NCBI RefSeq assembly: GCF_009914755.1
Contig: NC_060944.1
DNA length: 64,000 bases
Source: the human T2T-CHM13v2.0 reference genome, Homo sapiens
Strand: one strand, 5' to 3'
The position numbers were made by a program, and so were the translations under genes. A model generated the notes under the pieces. The model was given only the letters and a program-made list of their open reading frames with translations. It ran no database searches and had not been told where the DNA came from. Shown here piece by piece: positions 36,516-51,606 of the stretch. The first letter of the stretch is position 1; every line of letters starts with the position of its first letter.

Positions 36516-38628
36516 CAGGCAAAATCCAGATTTTTTAGAAGTTATATGCACTAATATGCCTTTAATATGCTCCCAATACATCTTTTTTTTTTTTGTGATC
36601 AATGAAGCGCTGTATACAAGATGAAAAATACCTTGCCTTTCTCACTACATTTTGTGTAATCAGTCTCTATTTCTGTTCACCAATGATGTCAGGTTGGAGA
36701 ACAGGGAGTGCCAAGATGTTACTTGACATCTCTAGGTCCTCAGAGGTGGTCAACTTCAAACTCAGACCTTTTTAGGTTCTCTTGGTGGCTCAAACTTTAT
36801 GGGGTTATCAAAGCTGGAGTCTGCATCAGCTCTCTGCCCCTGGAAGAGTTTCCTTTAATTCCGTAGAAGTTGAGCTGACACAGGGTTAGGGATTCTTGTG
36901 TGGAATGGAAGTTGCAAAGCCAGAGTCAACCTGCAGTTTTTAACCTTTGGTTTATGGCAGTATCATGAACATGGCCACATCCTGGCAGAAGCTCCAGGCA
37001 GGTGGGAGTGGTGCCAGCAGAGCATTTATAGCAACCAGCACTGGGTGGAGGGACCTGGCAGTGCCCATGTGTTCCCTGGGGCACAGCTGTGTTATTCTAA
37101 GATAGGCCTACTCTGACCCTGTGTCACATCCTAAGCCCTTCATTTCAATTCCTGTGTCATTTCTGCACCCACCCCCCAATTCCAAGACTGTGGCCCCTTC
37201 CTCACTTGCTATCCCAGAGAAAATTGCTAAGTTCCTTTGGACTTCATGCATTGGTTACCTGCTTTCAGAAATGCATTATTTCCCAAATCCCAAACACCAG
37301 GTGTTAAATGTGTATGAATTACTTGACATATTTAATTGCAGGATTAATGCTGAGACACAGTAATGTATTTAGGGACACATTAGATGTATTATTTTAAAAC
37401 TGTGATTAACACCGATTTTGGAGCATTTTGGAAGACTAATTAAATGATTGAAAACCACATTCTGGCATTGCAATGTTTGTTCAACAAAAACATTTGTGGA
37501 AATTAGGTGTAATTCAACCACCTCATTATACAATTAGTTGTTTAATTCTGTCTGCAGGCGTTTGAGGTCATAATCAGGATGAAGCTGTGGCTTCTGGGGC
37601 ATGACTGGGCTTTAGGATGGGTCTCCCCGCTTTCCATGGTGCTGACAGGCTCCTCACTTTCAGGGTGCTGAGTGGCTCCCCATGTTTTATGGTGCTGTCT
37701 TCCCCTGCCACTAGTCTCTTCTGCCATCCTTCAGTCTCGCTGGCCCCCGTCCCCTGATCACTGTGCTTGTTTGCACCTCACTGCACTCTTGCTTGCTCTC
37801 TGCTCTGCCTGTGAGGTCATTGTTACTGTTGTTCAACAAATATTTTTGGTTTTTCTCACAAGCACATAATAGATTATGCTCCATTCCCACACCCCCTCAA
37901 AGTTAGGTCTCCCTAGTAACTAAGGCGATGTGGGCAGAGGGACACGTGCCATTTCTGGGCAAAAGCTTTTAGAACCCTGTGGAAGTTACACCTTTTCTTT
38001 TCCTTTGCCATGGCAACTGGAGATTGTCCAGACAGCAGCTTCTCCATCAATCTGGGGTCTTGAAGTTACCTGCTTATGGACCTGAAGTATAAAGCAGAAA
38101 CAAACGTTTATTGTTTTAGGCCACTGGGACTTGGAGTGGCTTGATTCTGCAGCATGATCTAACTGGCCCTGATGGACACAGCCAGTGGATGTTCCCTTGG
38201 ATTTTTCCTTGATCTTTACTCTCTTATTTTTCAGACTGTTCGCAAATCCCCTCCTCAGAGAGGTCCTCTCCGTCCATTTCCCCAGAGCCACTTTCAATTC
38301 TGTTTCCTTCTCTTTTTTTTTTGACAGCGGTTACTGCCTTCTGACATTATTTTATTTACATTTATAAATAACGTGACAATTTATAAATAAAGTGTTTCTC
38401 TATCTCTGTAATTTTGTCATTTGGAGAATGTTATACGTTGAATCATACAGTGTGCGGGACTGTTATTTTCCGCTTAGGCCTTGAGGTTCATCCAACTTGC
38501 TGGGTATAACAGTGGTTCCTTCCTTTTTATTGTTGAATAGTATTTCTATGGTGTGGATGTACTATGGTTTATTTAATCATTTACCTGTTGAAGGGCATTT
38601 ATTTATATCTATAAATACAGTCCACTTA

Positions 38629-39468
38629 CTGTATTTCATTATCTCTGAGATGGAAACTTGAAATAAAAATAATTTTTATTTTCCATTCTTGTTTCTGTTT
38701 TTCTGTTTTTACTCCACCCAGCCCCCCTAAAGTTTTTAACATGATTGCTTTTCTGAAATCAGGATGGCTCTTAGAGTCCACAGTGTGCTATTCAGGCCAT
38801 GACACAGGTGAATTACCTGTGCAGGTGTGAACAACCAAATGACCAGTGAACACATGTAACTAATACTCAACTGACCAGCATCAGTGCACTGGAAAAGAAT
38901 CCGAGATTGGACAATGGAGCCCTCTTTTAACCCCTATGAATGTCATGGATGTGGGGACAGACTGGAGGACTGGAGCAAGTCAAATATGTTTAGTGACATT
39001 GCTGAAGTCAGAACCGAAGCAGAAAAACTGTATATAATTTTAAAGAGTCCTCAAAGCCCAGCACTCTTGACTTTCAATCTTTTTATGGATTCTTTGAAGA
39101 AATGCCGTATAATCAGTGCTCGTGGATGAATGCACAGAGGATGATAGAGCATGGAAAAACCCCAAACATTGATGAGTCTGAATTGAACAGTGATTCAGAA
39201 GAATTGGACTCAGTGTAAAGTAGTTTGAGGAATAACAACCAAGTTATTTCACTTGTATTTTCATTTTTATGTATGCACAATAGTAATATGTGATAAAAAT
39301 CTGTCTAATTAAGTCTCAAAGAACTCTTACAATAAGTAAAATTAAAAATTCTAAGTGATAAGAATGCATTGTGTCATGGTTTAATTGGCAGTGTATTTTT
39401 CTTTCACAGGGGAACAAAAAATAATGGTGCTTCTTGCAATTGTGTTTCTCAGAGGTGATGAAATGTGG
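38629..39468 (+). mobile_element. TcMar-Tc2 (Kanga/MER104-like) internally deleted DNA transposon
   Basis: Imperfect TIRs ctgtatttcattatctctgaga (38629-38650) and tctcagaggtgatgaaatgtgg (39447-39468), flanked by TA. Degenerate transposase C-terminal motif (tctttgaagaaatgc..atcagtgct..cacagaggatgat, FKKC.ISNA.DGTEDD-like) near 39090-39145. Confidence 0.7.
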
Positions 39469-39814
39469 TATTTCTTTCAGAGACTGCCCTTATCACAAAG
39501 ACATCTGCTGTGTCATTCAGTTCAATTTTAGTTGAGTTTAACAAGGCCTCTGGCCATTTAGAAAGCTGGCTCATTTGGACTCAGAGGCTACCGTGATTTT
39601 AAATTTGACCAGATACCTGGACTGGAGAAGAGCTAGAGTTTTGTTTCTAGCAAATCCATTGGGTGCCTAAGGTAGGCTGGCCAGAGAGTCTGCTCCTGGT
39701 TGAGACTGGGCCCTCCACCCCATGGGAACAGTAAACCACAGAACTTAGGCACCATCACAATTTTTTTCTGCATTCATAAATCACCTGACTACTATTAATA
39801 TTCTTCATTTCTGA

Positions 39815-41045
<1,231 letters not shown>

Positions 41046-41167
41046 TTTAAATTGATGGTTACAACTTTATTTAAAAGGAAAACACATAAGTTTGCTATGT
41101 CAGCTAGAGCTGTACTGTCAAAGTCAGTTAAAATAAAAATATAACAATTATAGTTTAAAAAACTATC

Positions 41168-41772
41168 TGTGAACCCTGTGAAATGATCCCATGAACCCCC
41201 AGATTGGCCTGGACCCTCGTCTCCCAGCACCCCTGTGTTGGGAAGAGCACTCTGTGGTGAACGGCTGGCTCTACGTGTCTGGGGAAACTCACATGGCTTG
41301 GCCGCCTCATTCCGAGCTGGCTTAGTGGTGTCTGTGTGGCCCCACAGCAATCCTCTATGGATGGCTTGCGGCTAATGTATTGACCGAGAGGGCAAGCTCT
41401 GCCCAACTGTGAGGCTCCATATGGACTAAGTGAACCAATCAGATCCTCCCTCAACACAGTTGAGTGATGGGTAGTAGAGAGTCAGTAGTTGGCAGGGGGA
41501 ATAGGGTGGAAGCTATGAAGGAGCAGAGCCATGAAGGAGTGAGGCATGAAGGAATCAGTAGACTCCCATGGAAAGAGTAACTGATTCCTCATGGTGGGAA
41601 GCACTTGAGCTGGGAGCCGTACTTCCTTTGGTCTGCCAGCAGCCTGGGAAGGATGGGAAACTAGCCAATGGGCACTGGAGCTGTCCTAGGTCCTGAACAG
41701 CCTTCTTTCCTCCGTGAAAGGCCTGAATCTGGTTTGTGTTCTCTTCTTCCCCAATACCCCCTACCCCCACAT
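41168..41772 (+). mobile_element. Probable ERVL-type solo LTR (family not resolved)
   Basis: TG...CA-bounded ~600-bp unit (tgtgaaccctgtg...cccccaca) with LTR-like 'gaaccaatcagat' and a purine-rich middle. Confidence 0.4.
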
Positions 41773-42195
41773 TTAAGGTAGTGTTTCCAAAGCTTGGGAT
41801 TCGTAGCCGTGGAAGAGCACAAGATGACGTTAGGGTGCGCAGAACCTGGGATTAAATAACAACACATCACAGAATCAGCAAGCTACCCCCTTTCCAGTGA
41901 TCTCAGCGGAATAGGTTGTTAACACCTGGTCCTTCCTAATCCCTTTTAACAAAGAGAGGTGGCCTTGGCTTTACAGCATTTGATGAGGAATGCCTCTAGC
42001 AAAAATTTCATAGTGCTTTTCTGTTTTCATTATGGTTTTTGACAGTAATTTGCCTACTCATATTTTCAGTGCCTAGCACATTGTAGAGGTTCAAACTCTC
42101 AGCCATTGAATTAATTTGATTATTTTTCATTATTCTTTGATTTTTGTCTTTTTAACCTCAACTGACTATGAACTCCTTGAAGTCAGGGACTGTGC

Positions 42196-42499
42196 TTTTT
42201 ATTTTTATTTTTTTTAGACCACGGTCTCACTCTGTTGCCCAGGCTGGAGTGCAGTGGCACGATCATAACTCACTGCAACCTCGACCACCACCTAGGCTAA
42301 AGGGATCCTCCTGCCACAGCCTCCAGAGTAGCTGGCACCACAGATGTGCACTACCACACCTGGCTAACTTTTTAATTTTTGTAGAGATGGGGTCTCGCTC
42401 TGTTGCTCAAGCTGGACTTCAACTTCTGGCCTCAAATGATTCTCCCACCTTGGCCTCCCAAAGTGCTTAGATTACAGGTGTGAGCCACTGCACCTGGCC
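42196..42499 (-). mobile_element. AluJ-like, full length
   Basis: ggtctcactctgttgcccaggctggagtgcagtggcacgatcataactcactgc..gtagagatggggtctcgctctgttgc..gagccactgcacctggcc. Confidence 0.93.
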
Positions 42500-43644
42500 C
42501 TGCTTTTGTTTTTTATTTGCCATTTTGCTCCTAGGGCCTAGAAAAGTGCTCAAATACACAACCATTGCTTGTTCTGGTGAGTAAGTAGGCAGGTGGAGAA
42601 GACACAGGAAAGTTGAGTCTAACAGGCTGGGCTTGGTCTCCATGCTGATACCCAGAGGTAGCTGATGGAACTGGCTAGTGTGAGTCCCGTTCAGAGTCTA
42701 TGTCAGAAACTTAGCTGGTCGTCCCTTCCTTGAAAGCCTTATTGGAAGAACAGTGAGCTGTGTACTTGTTCTTCACACAAGCCTCTCTCCCTTCCCTCCT
42801 GGGCTGGGCCTTGCCTTCACTCCAGCCATGGCAGGCCTGGCCCTACCTGGCTCTTCAGAGCTCTCACCCACCTGGGACTTCTCTGCCGTGGAAGAAAAAA
42901 CCATGTCCTGGGCCTGTGGAATTGGAATTGCACCTTCGGGGTCCTTCTGGGGAGGAGGATGGGTTTCCTGATCAGAACATGGCCAGATTTTCTTCTTAAA
43001 GGCTGGATGGTTGGCCCGAGGATCAGTCTGAACTTTAACTTCACTTTCTCCTTTTCTTGGCCTCTAATAATTCAGTGTGTGCTGAGGATTGTATTGCAAG
43101 TCTGGCCAAGGATTTCTTTAAAAGAAAATCCCCAACCAGGCTGGACACATTACTGTTGTCAGCATGACCGTTAGCCTCCTTCAGAGTGAAGGTCAACAAA
43201 TAATTTTCAGCTTTGTTTAAAGCCACTTTAATGGATTCTATAAAATGCTCTAATTACCAGTGATTATCCGCTGAGTGCTCGCAAGCTTTTTAAAGCTTTT
43301 CTGTGCCCATTTAACTCTGTTCACACAGAGTTCAAGTTGTCTGATGTACTTAAGCAAGAGGAGGCATTTTGTTTCTTTCTATTTCTTTTTTTTAAAATCA
43401 TGTAATTTGGAGTGTTTTTAAGGCAGGCTAGCTTTCTCTTTTTTTCATCTGAAGCAGAGTTTTTACTCTGCTTTCCATCTGTTTCCATCTTGTCACCCAA
43501 CAAGAAATTAAATGCCATTTAAATGATATGACAGTCGCTTCCTTACCACACACAGTAGAACATAACTGCCTTCAATGTGCACAGGATTCTCACAGGTGTC
43601 GTCTCAGTTGAGCCCCAAAGAAGGAGGCTGGAGGGGTTGCTGAG

Positions 43645-43863
43645 GCTGGGATTCCTCACCTTCTGCACTCCTGACATGGAAGCCTTGATCAGTTCTCTGT
43701 GGTGGAGGCGTCCTGGGCATTGTAGGGTGCTTAGCAGCATCCTTGGCTTCTACCCGCTAGAGGCCTAGCACCCTGCCCTAGTTATGACAATTAAAAATGT
43801 CCTCAGACATTACCCAATGTCCCCAGAGGGGAAAAAAAAATCACTGTTGGTTGAGAACAGTTG
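43645..43863 (-). mobile_element. MER20 DNA transposon
   Basis: cctgggcattgtagggtgcttagcagcatcc..ttatgacaattaaaaatgtcctcagacattacccaatgtcccc..ggttgagaac. Confidence 0.8.
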
Positions 43864-45531
43864 ACTTAACCCATTTTCATATGAGGAGATGGTGACGGGA
43901 AGGGCTTGCCCGAGGCCCTACAGTTGGCGTGCTGTGGAGGGTCTGTCAGCCTCTTCTGTTGCTGCACTGATGACTCATAGAAACCCTCAAACCCAGCAGA
44001 GGCACCATTCTTTCCTCTCCTACCCCCTGTGTCAACCTCCCTGCCTCTCGTCCTGGTAGAGTCACTGCCAACATAAGTGCGTCTTTTCAGCAAATGTGTC
44101 TTCTGGAGTTGATGTGTTTCAGGCTTCTGTTCTTCTGCCTCCTAAGTTTCATGTCCTAGAGGACATCTCATTTAATTTTTATAGTGTCCAGAAGACTGTC
44201 TGGAGGGCTCTTGGGCAGGGAGGGCCTGTGAATTTGTCCCACAGTGCTTGTTCCTGTTACCTGGCCACAGGCTGCCCCCATGCACGGGCAGGAGCAGTGA
44301 GGAGTAGACCTGCTGGGGTGGGAGGGAAGATGTACTGACAGTGACCCACAGTTCTGAGAAATTATCTGTGGATGGTCCGGTTCACGCTCTGTTCATGAAC
44401 CACAGCCACAGTCTCATGTTCATTGATAACCATGTGTGGCACCTTGGTTAATTCCCAGCTGATAGTGTCCTTAGATGGTGAACTTTGACCGGACCCTTTC
44501 CCCACATGTATCCTTTCTGGCCCAATCTTGCTCTCTGGCTAAAATAATTGACTTGGGTCACGTTACCATTGGGCTGAGGGACGGAAGATTGTGTGTGTGT
44601 TTGTGTGTGTCATTGTCTTTGTTAAGGGAGAGGAGGGGTCGGTCCTTTAAGGTCTTACCCTTTTTGAAAATGTTGGATTAAACAAAGTAAAACAAGATTC
44701 TTTATTGCAGGACTTCTCAGAGCCTTTACCTGGTAATGTGCTCTATGATTATTCCAGAGCAATACAGGATGCAACATTTCCCAAAGTCATTTGACCACAA
44801 GACCTCTTTTCTTTTCATGGAGTATCACATTCCACTGTGTGCATGATGTTCTGTGGGAAAAGTGTCACCTAGATGTGAAAGGACACCTCACCCCACTTTG
44901 TGTTTGGCCATTTCTAAGGTGGCTTTGAAACTAGGAAGGATGAAAGAATGTCAGATATGGAAGCCCACACCCTCTTTTGGTTTGGTGGCTCTCAGTGGCT
45001 GGATTCTGAGCAAGACCCTGGAGGAGAGAAAATCCTTCTCACATGACTGGACATTCCCAAAGCTGGGGGAGTTGGTCTGGAAGACCTGATTTCCCTGTCC
45101 ATGTGAGTGGCCGTGGGAGTGGTATGGTCGGAAAAGAGGGGACCAAGGGAGCCCAGACAGAGAAATGCCCACCCTCACCCTCCTCCTCCTCAACTGAAGA
45201 GGAGAGGTGCAAGGGGAAAGAGTGCAGGAAGAGAAAGGAGAACAGAAGTTTCCATTTGTACCGGATGGTTTTGTTTTTTTATCTGTTTGCAAATGTTCAG
45301 TGTAATGGTTTGAAACCCAGCCGTGTAGCTGCCGCCGCCCACACACAGAGCTGCCGTGGCACTGAGCTTCAGCAGGCAAACCATATCACCAGCGTCGGCC
45401 ATTAAACCCGAGCCCACACCAGGGCAGGCTGCACACCTACCCCCGGTGTCCCTCTGCCACCCCCGCCGCCCCAGCAACCCCGACACCCACCACCCTCCAC
45501 ACACACAATTTTTCTTTTTTTAAATTTCCAG

Positions 45532-45675
45532 CAGTCGGTTTTTCTCTAGAGAAGGCATAAAGAGAAGCAGAGGCAGAGATGGGACGAGCAGGGAGAATGC
45601 TCCTGCCTCATCGGAGCCACCGGTTTTCGGGAGAGAGCGGCAGCCCCCACCTGCCTGTGGACTGAGCACTTAAAG
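45532..45675 (+). other. Candidate 144-nt internal non-coding exon
   Basis: Strong polypyrimidine acceptor tttttctttttttaaatttcCAG|CAG (NAGNAG; alternative TAG at 45547-45549) and donor AAG|GTGAGA, within CpG-retaining unique sequence. Confidence 0.45.
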
Positions 45676-47700
45676 GTGAGAGAGGACTTTGTGATTTCTT
45701 TGTGCACCTGGAGTTCTGGGATGCAAGGCCAGATGAAGGGATCTTAATCATTGAGCCTGGTCTGTTGCCTCCCGAGTGATTCTATCAGGCAAGCATGATG
45801 GATGATTCCTTCCAAGCACACGCAGTTATCTCTGACACGAGCCCCACTCAGGTCCCCTTGAGATCTCTTGAACCAAGGGGCTTCTAGCCCCTCCTCCTCA
45901 CCTTTCAGCACAGCCTTGTAAACCTCAGATGTGGATGAAGGTGCCGTCCTGCCTTTGACTTGACCTGTTGATTTCCAACCGGGGCTGCTGGCCCTTCCTC
46001 TCTAGAGTGAGTAGTGACTCACACTTTTGGGGCCCTATGAAATGGTCCTCCATCCAAGGGGCTTTGGGAAGCCTGTTTCCCTGGTGGCCCCAAGCCCAGT
46101 AACCAAAAGCAATCAGACCCAGCTGTCCAGCTAATTTTTTTAAAATAGGCTTCCTTCCTAGTAGAAATCAACAAAGTCTAAAATAGAAGGGACTCTAATA
46201 GGAAATGAAGCTGCAGAGTTCTGTGTGGAATGCAACAGGCAGGGACCTCGGCATGGAAAATACTAAGTGCAGATTACATGGCTGACAACCATGGGAGCAG
46301 GAGAAGGAGTAATCTCCTTGCTTATCGAGCATGTCTCTGGGTCGGAGGGGAGCTGAGTGGGGACATCGCTTCTGGAAGGTTTAGACCTTTCACCAAGAAG
46401 GAGAGGAAAAAGGAAGAACAACAAAGATGGAGAAAAGGGGGAAAAGAGGCCGTAATGTAATGTACATGTAGAAGAGAAGCAGACAAAAAGCTCCAAATTC
46501 TGTGCAGTCAGGGGATGAATCAGTTAGTAAAGATCTATTTTTAGTTTCCAAGATCTGCTGTTACATTTTGCCTGGCATTAATTAATGTCACAGGCATGTT
46601 CCATGCACAGGCTCTGAAGGGCCCTCGCGTGTCACTCTAGCTGGAGGTACCAGCCCTTCTTAATGGGAGCTCTCCAGTCCTTTGGGGTCTGGTCTCTGAC
46701 ACAAACATGTGTCCAGAATGTTCTGCTCTCTGACCTTGTCCCCTCTGGGTGTATCCGTTAATCTCCTCACTCTGGCCCTTGGATGTCTGGCCAGTGGCCA
46801 AGGGAGAATTGCAATTGTTATACTTTGTTTTTTAAAAGGAAAGGCTGTACAAGCTGAAATTGGGAAAAGGCAAAGATGTTGGATCATGGCTTAGAATTTA
46901 AAGAAAAGGCTTTGAGGGCAGCTCTCCTACCACAAGGAAGAATGAGGCCCCCCTCATCTCCAAACAAGGCTGATTTTGACTAATCAGATATCATAACTGG
47001 AGAACATCTTCCAATATAGTTTAGGCAAAGTGTAATATGTTAGCAAGAACTAATGATATGACTGGGGTTGATCAGATGTTGGCTGAAGTTGTGTGTGAGA
47101 CTAATTATCTCCAAAAAACCTGTTCATATTTCAGAGGCGAGGCTGTAAATCTGAAGAGCAGCTGAAATGCAGGCATGATTGTACGCATGAAGCCTTGCTT
47201 TCTGAGGTGGTAAAAGGGGGGATTACAGGCCAGAATGAAAAACCCAAGGCCACGTGGCAGCACACTGTTGGGACAGCTGTTTTTGTACATTTGCACCAAT
47301 TATTAGATCAATAAGAAAGTATGACTACATCATGGACCCTAATTAGAAGAGACGTCCCTTATACTCTCTGAAATGCTTGAGAATGTTCTCCTACTAACCT
47401 AGAGCCTGATGGGGCCATTGACGCTAATTGTTAAGTGCCGTTGGTCAAGGCCAATGCATAGTCTTCGTTTAGTTCCTAAGTCATTTGTGGTCGGCCCATC
47501 CAAGACAGGGACACGGACAATCTCATCAGAGTAGGCTGGGAGGGTTTCCATGATGGAATGGGGCTGGCCTCTCTGTTGAGGGGGGATATCCAAGGGGTGC
47601 ACATGAGCTCTGAGGACCAGTGGCAAAGTCCCTGTTCAGTCCTTGGGAAGCATCACCACTGCTACATTTCTGATGTTCTGAAGATGGGTTAGAACAGAGC

Positions 47701-48076
<376 letters not shown>

Positions 48077-49652
48077 TCACCCAGCCAGGAGATTCAGAGG
48101 TCCTGCAGCCTCCTACCTCAGACCCACATACCTGGTGTGAGTTCTGCCCTCCTGACCACAACACCCCTGCACCTTGGACACAGCTTACCACATCCTTCCC
48201 CAGAGCATCTTGTGCCTTGGAGAGCAGGTGCAGTTGCAGCGTTCTGGGCTGCGGGCACTCGAGTTCAGCCCTGGCCAGAGGCTGTGAGGGGCAGAGCCAG
48301 GGGATGGTGTCTCCATTGGTAACGAGGGTCTCCATCCCTTCCAGGCTGGCCGTGTCTGTGGCCACAGATGAATAGGATGGGTGCCCATCTTGATGGGTCA
48401 GACAAGGTAAGGGCTCTCAGACCCCATCCTCTGTTTGAGATCAGACCAGAGGTGCCATCAGAAAATCAACTGAAGATTAACCAGCTTCCTCTGGTGCTCA
48501 AAACCTAGACTCCCTTTGCTGCTTTGCAATTTCTTTCTGTGTGTGGAGGTCTGATAAGCCAGACGAGATGAAGGGATGTTAATCCTTGGGCCCAGTCTCA
48601 ATGGCAAACTTCCAATTAAAGAAGATGTGACTGTGGCCTGGGGCTGTGCCAAAGAAGGGCTTTGCTTATGTCTCTTTGTCTAATCTCTGTAATGGCCCCA
48701 TGTGGTTGGCGCCTTCCCCAATACCATTTTATGGAGGAAGAAACGGAGTCTTATACATTTCATTTTACTTTTTGCATTGTATCTTAAAGATATAAAACTT
48801 TAACCTTATACTCCATAATATATCTATTGATCTTACTATAAAATAAGATCTCCCTCCTCCAAAAAAAATCGTGAAGGAAAAGGGTTCCCTCCTGAGTGAG
48901 CGCCAAAAGCCTGGGCTTGGCCTGTCGGAGAGAGAGGCTGCAGAGCCCCTGTATGGAGAGCAGACACCATCCACAGGGCCCCCAACACATGTTTCATGCC
49001 TGAGCCTTGTCCCTGTGATGTTGACACTGTGTGGATGGCGGGGCTGGAACTTGCCCTGAGGGCCCCAGGGAATCCGGCAAGGCCCAGTCTCCACTGCCTT
49101 TTTCTGTGGAATGTTCCAGCTGGCCGGTGTGCACAGGGAAATCTGAGCCGAGGCCCTGAGGGGGGCTGTCGTCCCACACAGGGCTAAGGCTCTCCAGGGA
49201 GCCTCAATGGCTGGACCCCCATCCAACGCCAGCGCCAGCCCCCTTTGCCCCGCCATGGCCCGCCTTTTCCTCTGTGACCTGCTACGGGCCTCACATCCTG
49301 AGAGGAGCCCTAGAAACGGGCTCTGTTGATAAAAACACACATACCCTTTGCCACAGGAAACGTGGCCTCACGTTCACAATGGTAACCACCAGGCTCCTCA
49401 CAGAAACCAAAGAGGAACAGATTTTAGATTTTTACCTCAATTAGGAAACACATGTTCTCTCTCTCTCCTTCCCTCCCTCTCTCCTCTCAGCAAGTCTCAA
49501 TTTTCCTCACATGCAACCTCTGCCCTCCCTATCCTAGATTGGGAAGCTGCACATTTAGGAAACAGAGACCGTGTTCCTTTGAGTTTAGGTAAAAACTGTG
49601 AGAAAACAGGATATAAGTCGTAATGGAAACCAGTGGACCTCGGGTCACAGGT

Positions 49653-49822
49653 AGGGTTGTCAGATAAAATACAGGATGCCCAGTTAAAATGGGAATTTCA
49701 GGTGAACAATGAATACTTTGTTAGTATAAGCGTGTCCCAAAGCCTGCACAGGATATACTTAAACTAAAATATTTATTATTTCTTCGAAATTCAAATTTAA
49801 GTAGGCAATCCTGTATTTTTAT
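49653..49822. mobile_element. MER53 palindromic hAT MITE
   Basis: agggttgtcagataaaatacaggatgcccagttaaa..aatttcag..tagtataagcgtgtcccaaa..atactt..aaattcaaatttaa..cctgtattttt. Confidence 0.85.
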
Positions 49823-51443
49823 AGATCATCTATGAATAGTAACCATAGCATAGGGGACCCACCGTATGAGACTCAGAACCATCATCTGGGAGGAACGTTG
49901 AGGCAAACTTCTCCATCCAGATTAATTCCTGACCTTCTGAGAATAACAAACAGCCCACTATGCTGTGGCCAGTACTCCGCGCCAGCACACGCTGTCATTT
50001 TGTGGGCAAGGAGCTCTCCTTGAGTCTGCCCAACGGAGGTGTGTAGTGATTTGTTGTCCAGGAGAGAAACAGAGGCTCAGGGAGGTTGGTGTGGCGCACC
50101 CGAACGCTCAGTCAGCTCCTGGCCTGTCTCTCTGCATAGTACTCGCTGGCTGTGGGCGGGCGGGCCGTGCCAGCTTCAGAGGAGCAGTAATAACAGGTTA
50201 GCTTGGAAGTTCTCCTTGCAGAGATGGGAACGGCTGTGTCAACCATGCAAATTATATACAAATACACTTGGCCCGCCTGCCCAGATGGGAGACCCATGAG
50301 CACAGCCTCCAGCCGTCCATGGGTTTCCGATAGTGCAGGGGTACCGGGCTGATAGCGGCTGGGTCTCTGGAGAGGCCCATGTTCCCGGTACATGTGGGCT
50401 GGGACACATGCACACACTTACTTTCCTGGTGTGGATGAAGATGCGAGGGGGCTAGCATGGAGGTGGATGCCTAAGGCTGGAGGGGGTGTGTTGATGTGTG
50501 CATGACCTGCCACCCTGATCTGTGTATTCCCAGCAAGCCACATGGCTTCTGTCTCCTGGGATAACCCTTCCTGAGGCTCCAGCACCCATCTCTGGACAGA
50601 AGGAAATGGCCCTTTCCCTGGGCACCCTCCTGCTGAGATGCCACAGGACTGCAGACCTTTGAGGAGAATAATCCTAACCACAGTGATGCTACTGTGAGCG
50701 TTGACCAGGTGTTTATGATACACCCGACCCTGTGCTAGCATCTTGTGCTTAATTCTCCCATGTGCCTGGGGCTCTTGTTGCCCTGACTTGACAGATGAAA
50801 ACCTCGAGGCTTAGAAAGGTAAAATAACTTGGCCACAACTGGTGAGATACCGAGCCAAGATTCCACCTGAGTTCTGCAGGCCGGTCAGGTGAATCGCTGC
50901 CAGGTGAATGAGGGATGGCTTTCAACACCAGCTCCTGGGCGTGGACTTTCTGAAGAGAGCACTGTTTTGAAAAGTCCTTTATGGAGATTTGTAGTAGTTT
51001 TAGCTAAGATTGTTTTGTATTTGCGCTCTTAGAGTTAGTAGGTTTGCCTCAAATACTGGTGCCGGCTGAGCCCCATGTATTGGAGATGTTCTCCACGAGG
51101 GAACGCTGAACCTTCGGGAGACCCATAGGAGGTGGCTGCCCAGCCCCTCTGTCTAGCGATGCTGCAAGGGGAAGGTGTACACCAAAGGCAGGGCTTGATT
51201 GAATGGTTGAACATGCTGGTGTGGGGGCCATATAGCCTCAGCCACAGGTTGTCTTTGCCAGTCTCTGGCTGAGTGGTTTGGGGCGAGCTGCCTCACCACT
51301 ATCAACCTCCTTTCCTCATCTGTTAAGTAATATTTGTAATGACAGCACCTCCCTCACACCCCAGCTTGGAGGTTTCACTAGTCTGTTGCCTGATCAATCA
51401 TAATAGTTATTAGTCATTGCTGTTTGCCAGGTACCAGCTTAGG

Positions 51444-51606
51444 TGCTAGAAAGAGCTAGTAATGAGAAAAAAAGTACAGCGCTCACTTTTGAAGATCTTA
51501 GGAGTCCAGAGAGCTAAGCTAAATCCACTACAATGTAAGACAGGCATAAATTCACCTAAAAGTGTCACAGGGACTCTGCTGCTGAGGTTCGGGAGTGGGA
51601 GATCAC
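51444..51606 (+). repeat. Local dispersed duplication of an L2-derived segment, copy 1
   Basis: tgctagaaagagctagt..ctcacttttgaagatcttag..gtccagagagctaagctaaatccactacaatgt..ttcacctaaaagtgtcacaggga..ctgctgctgaggtt..gggagatcac, matching 53317-53476. Confidence 0.92.
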
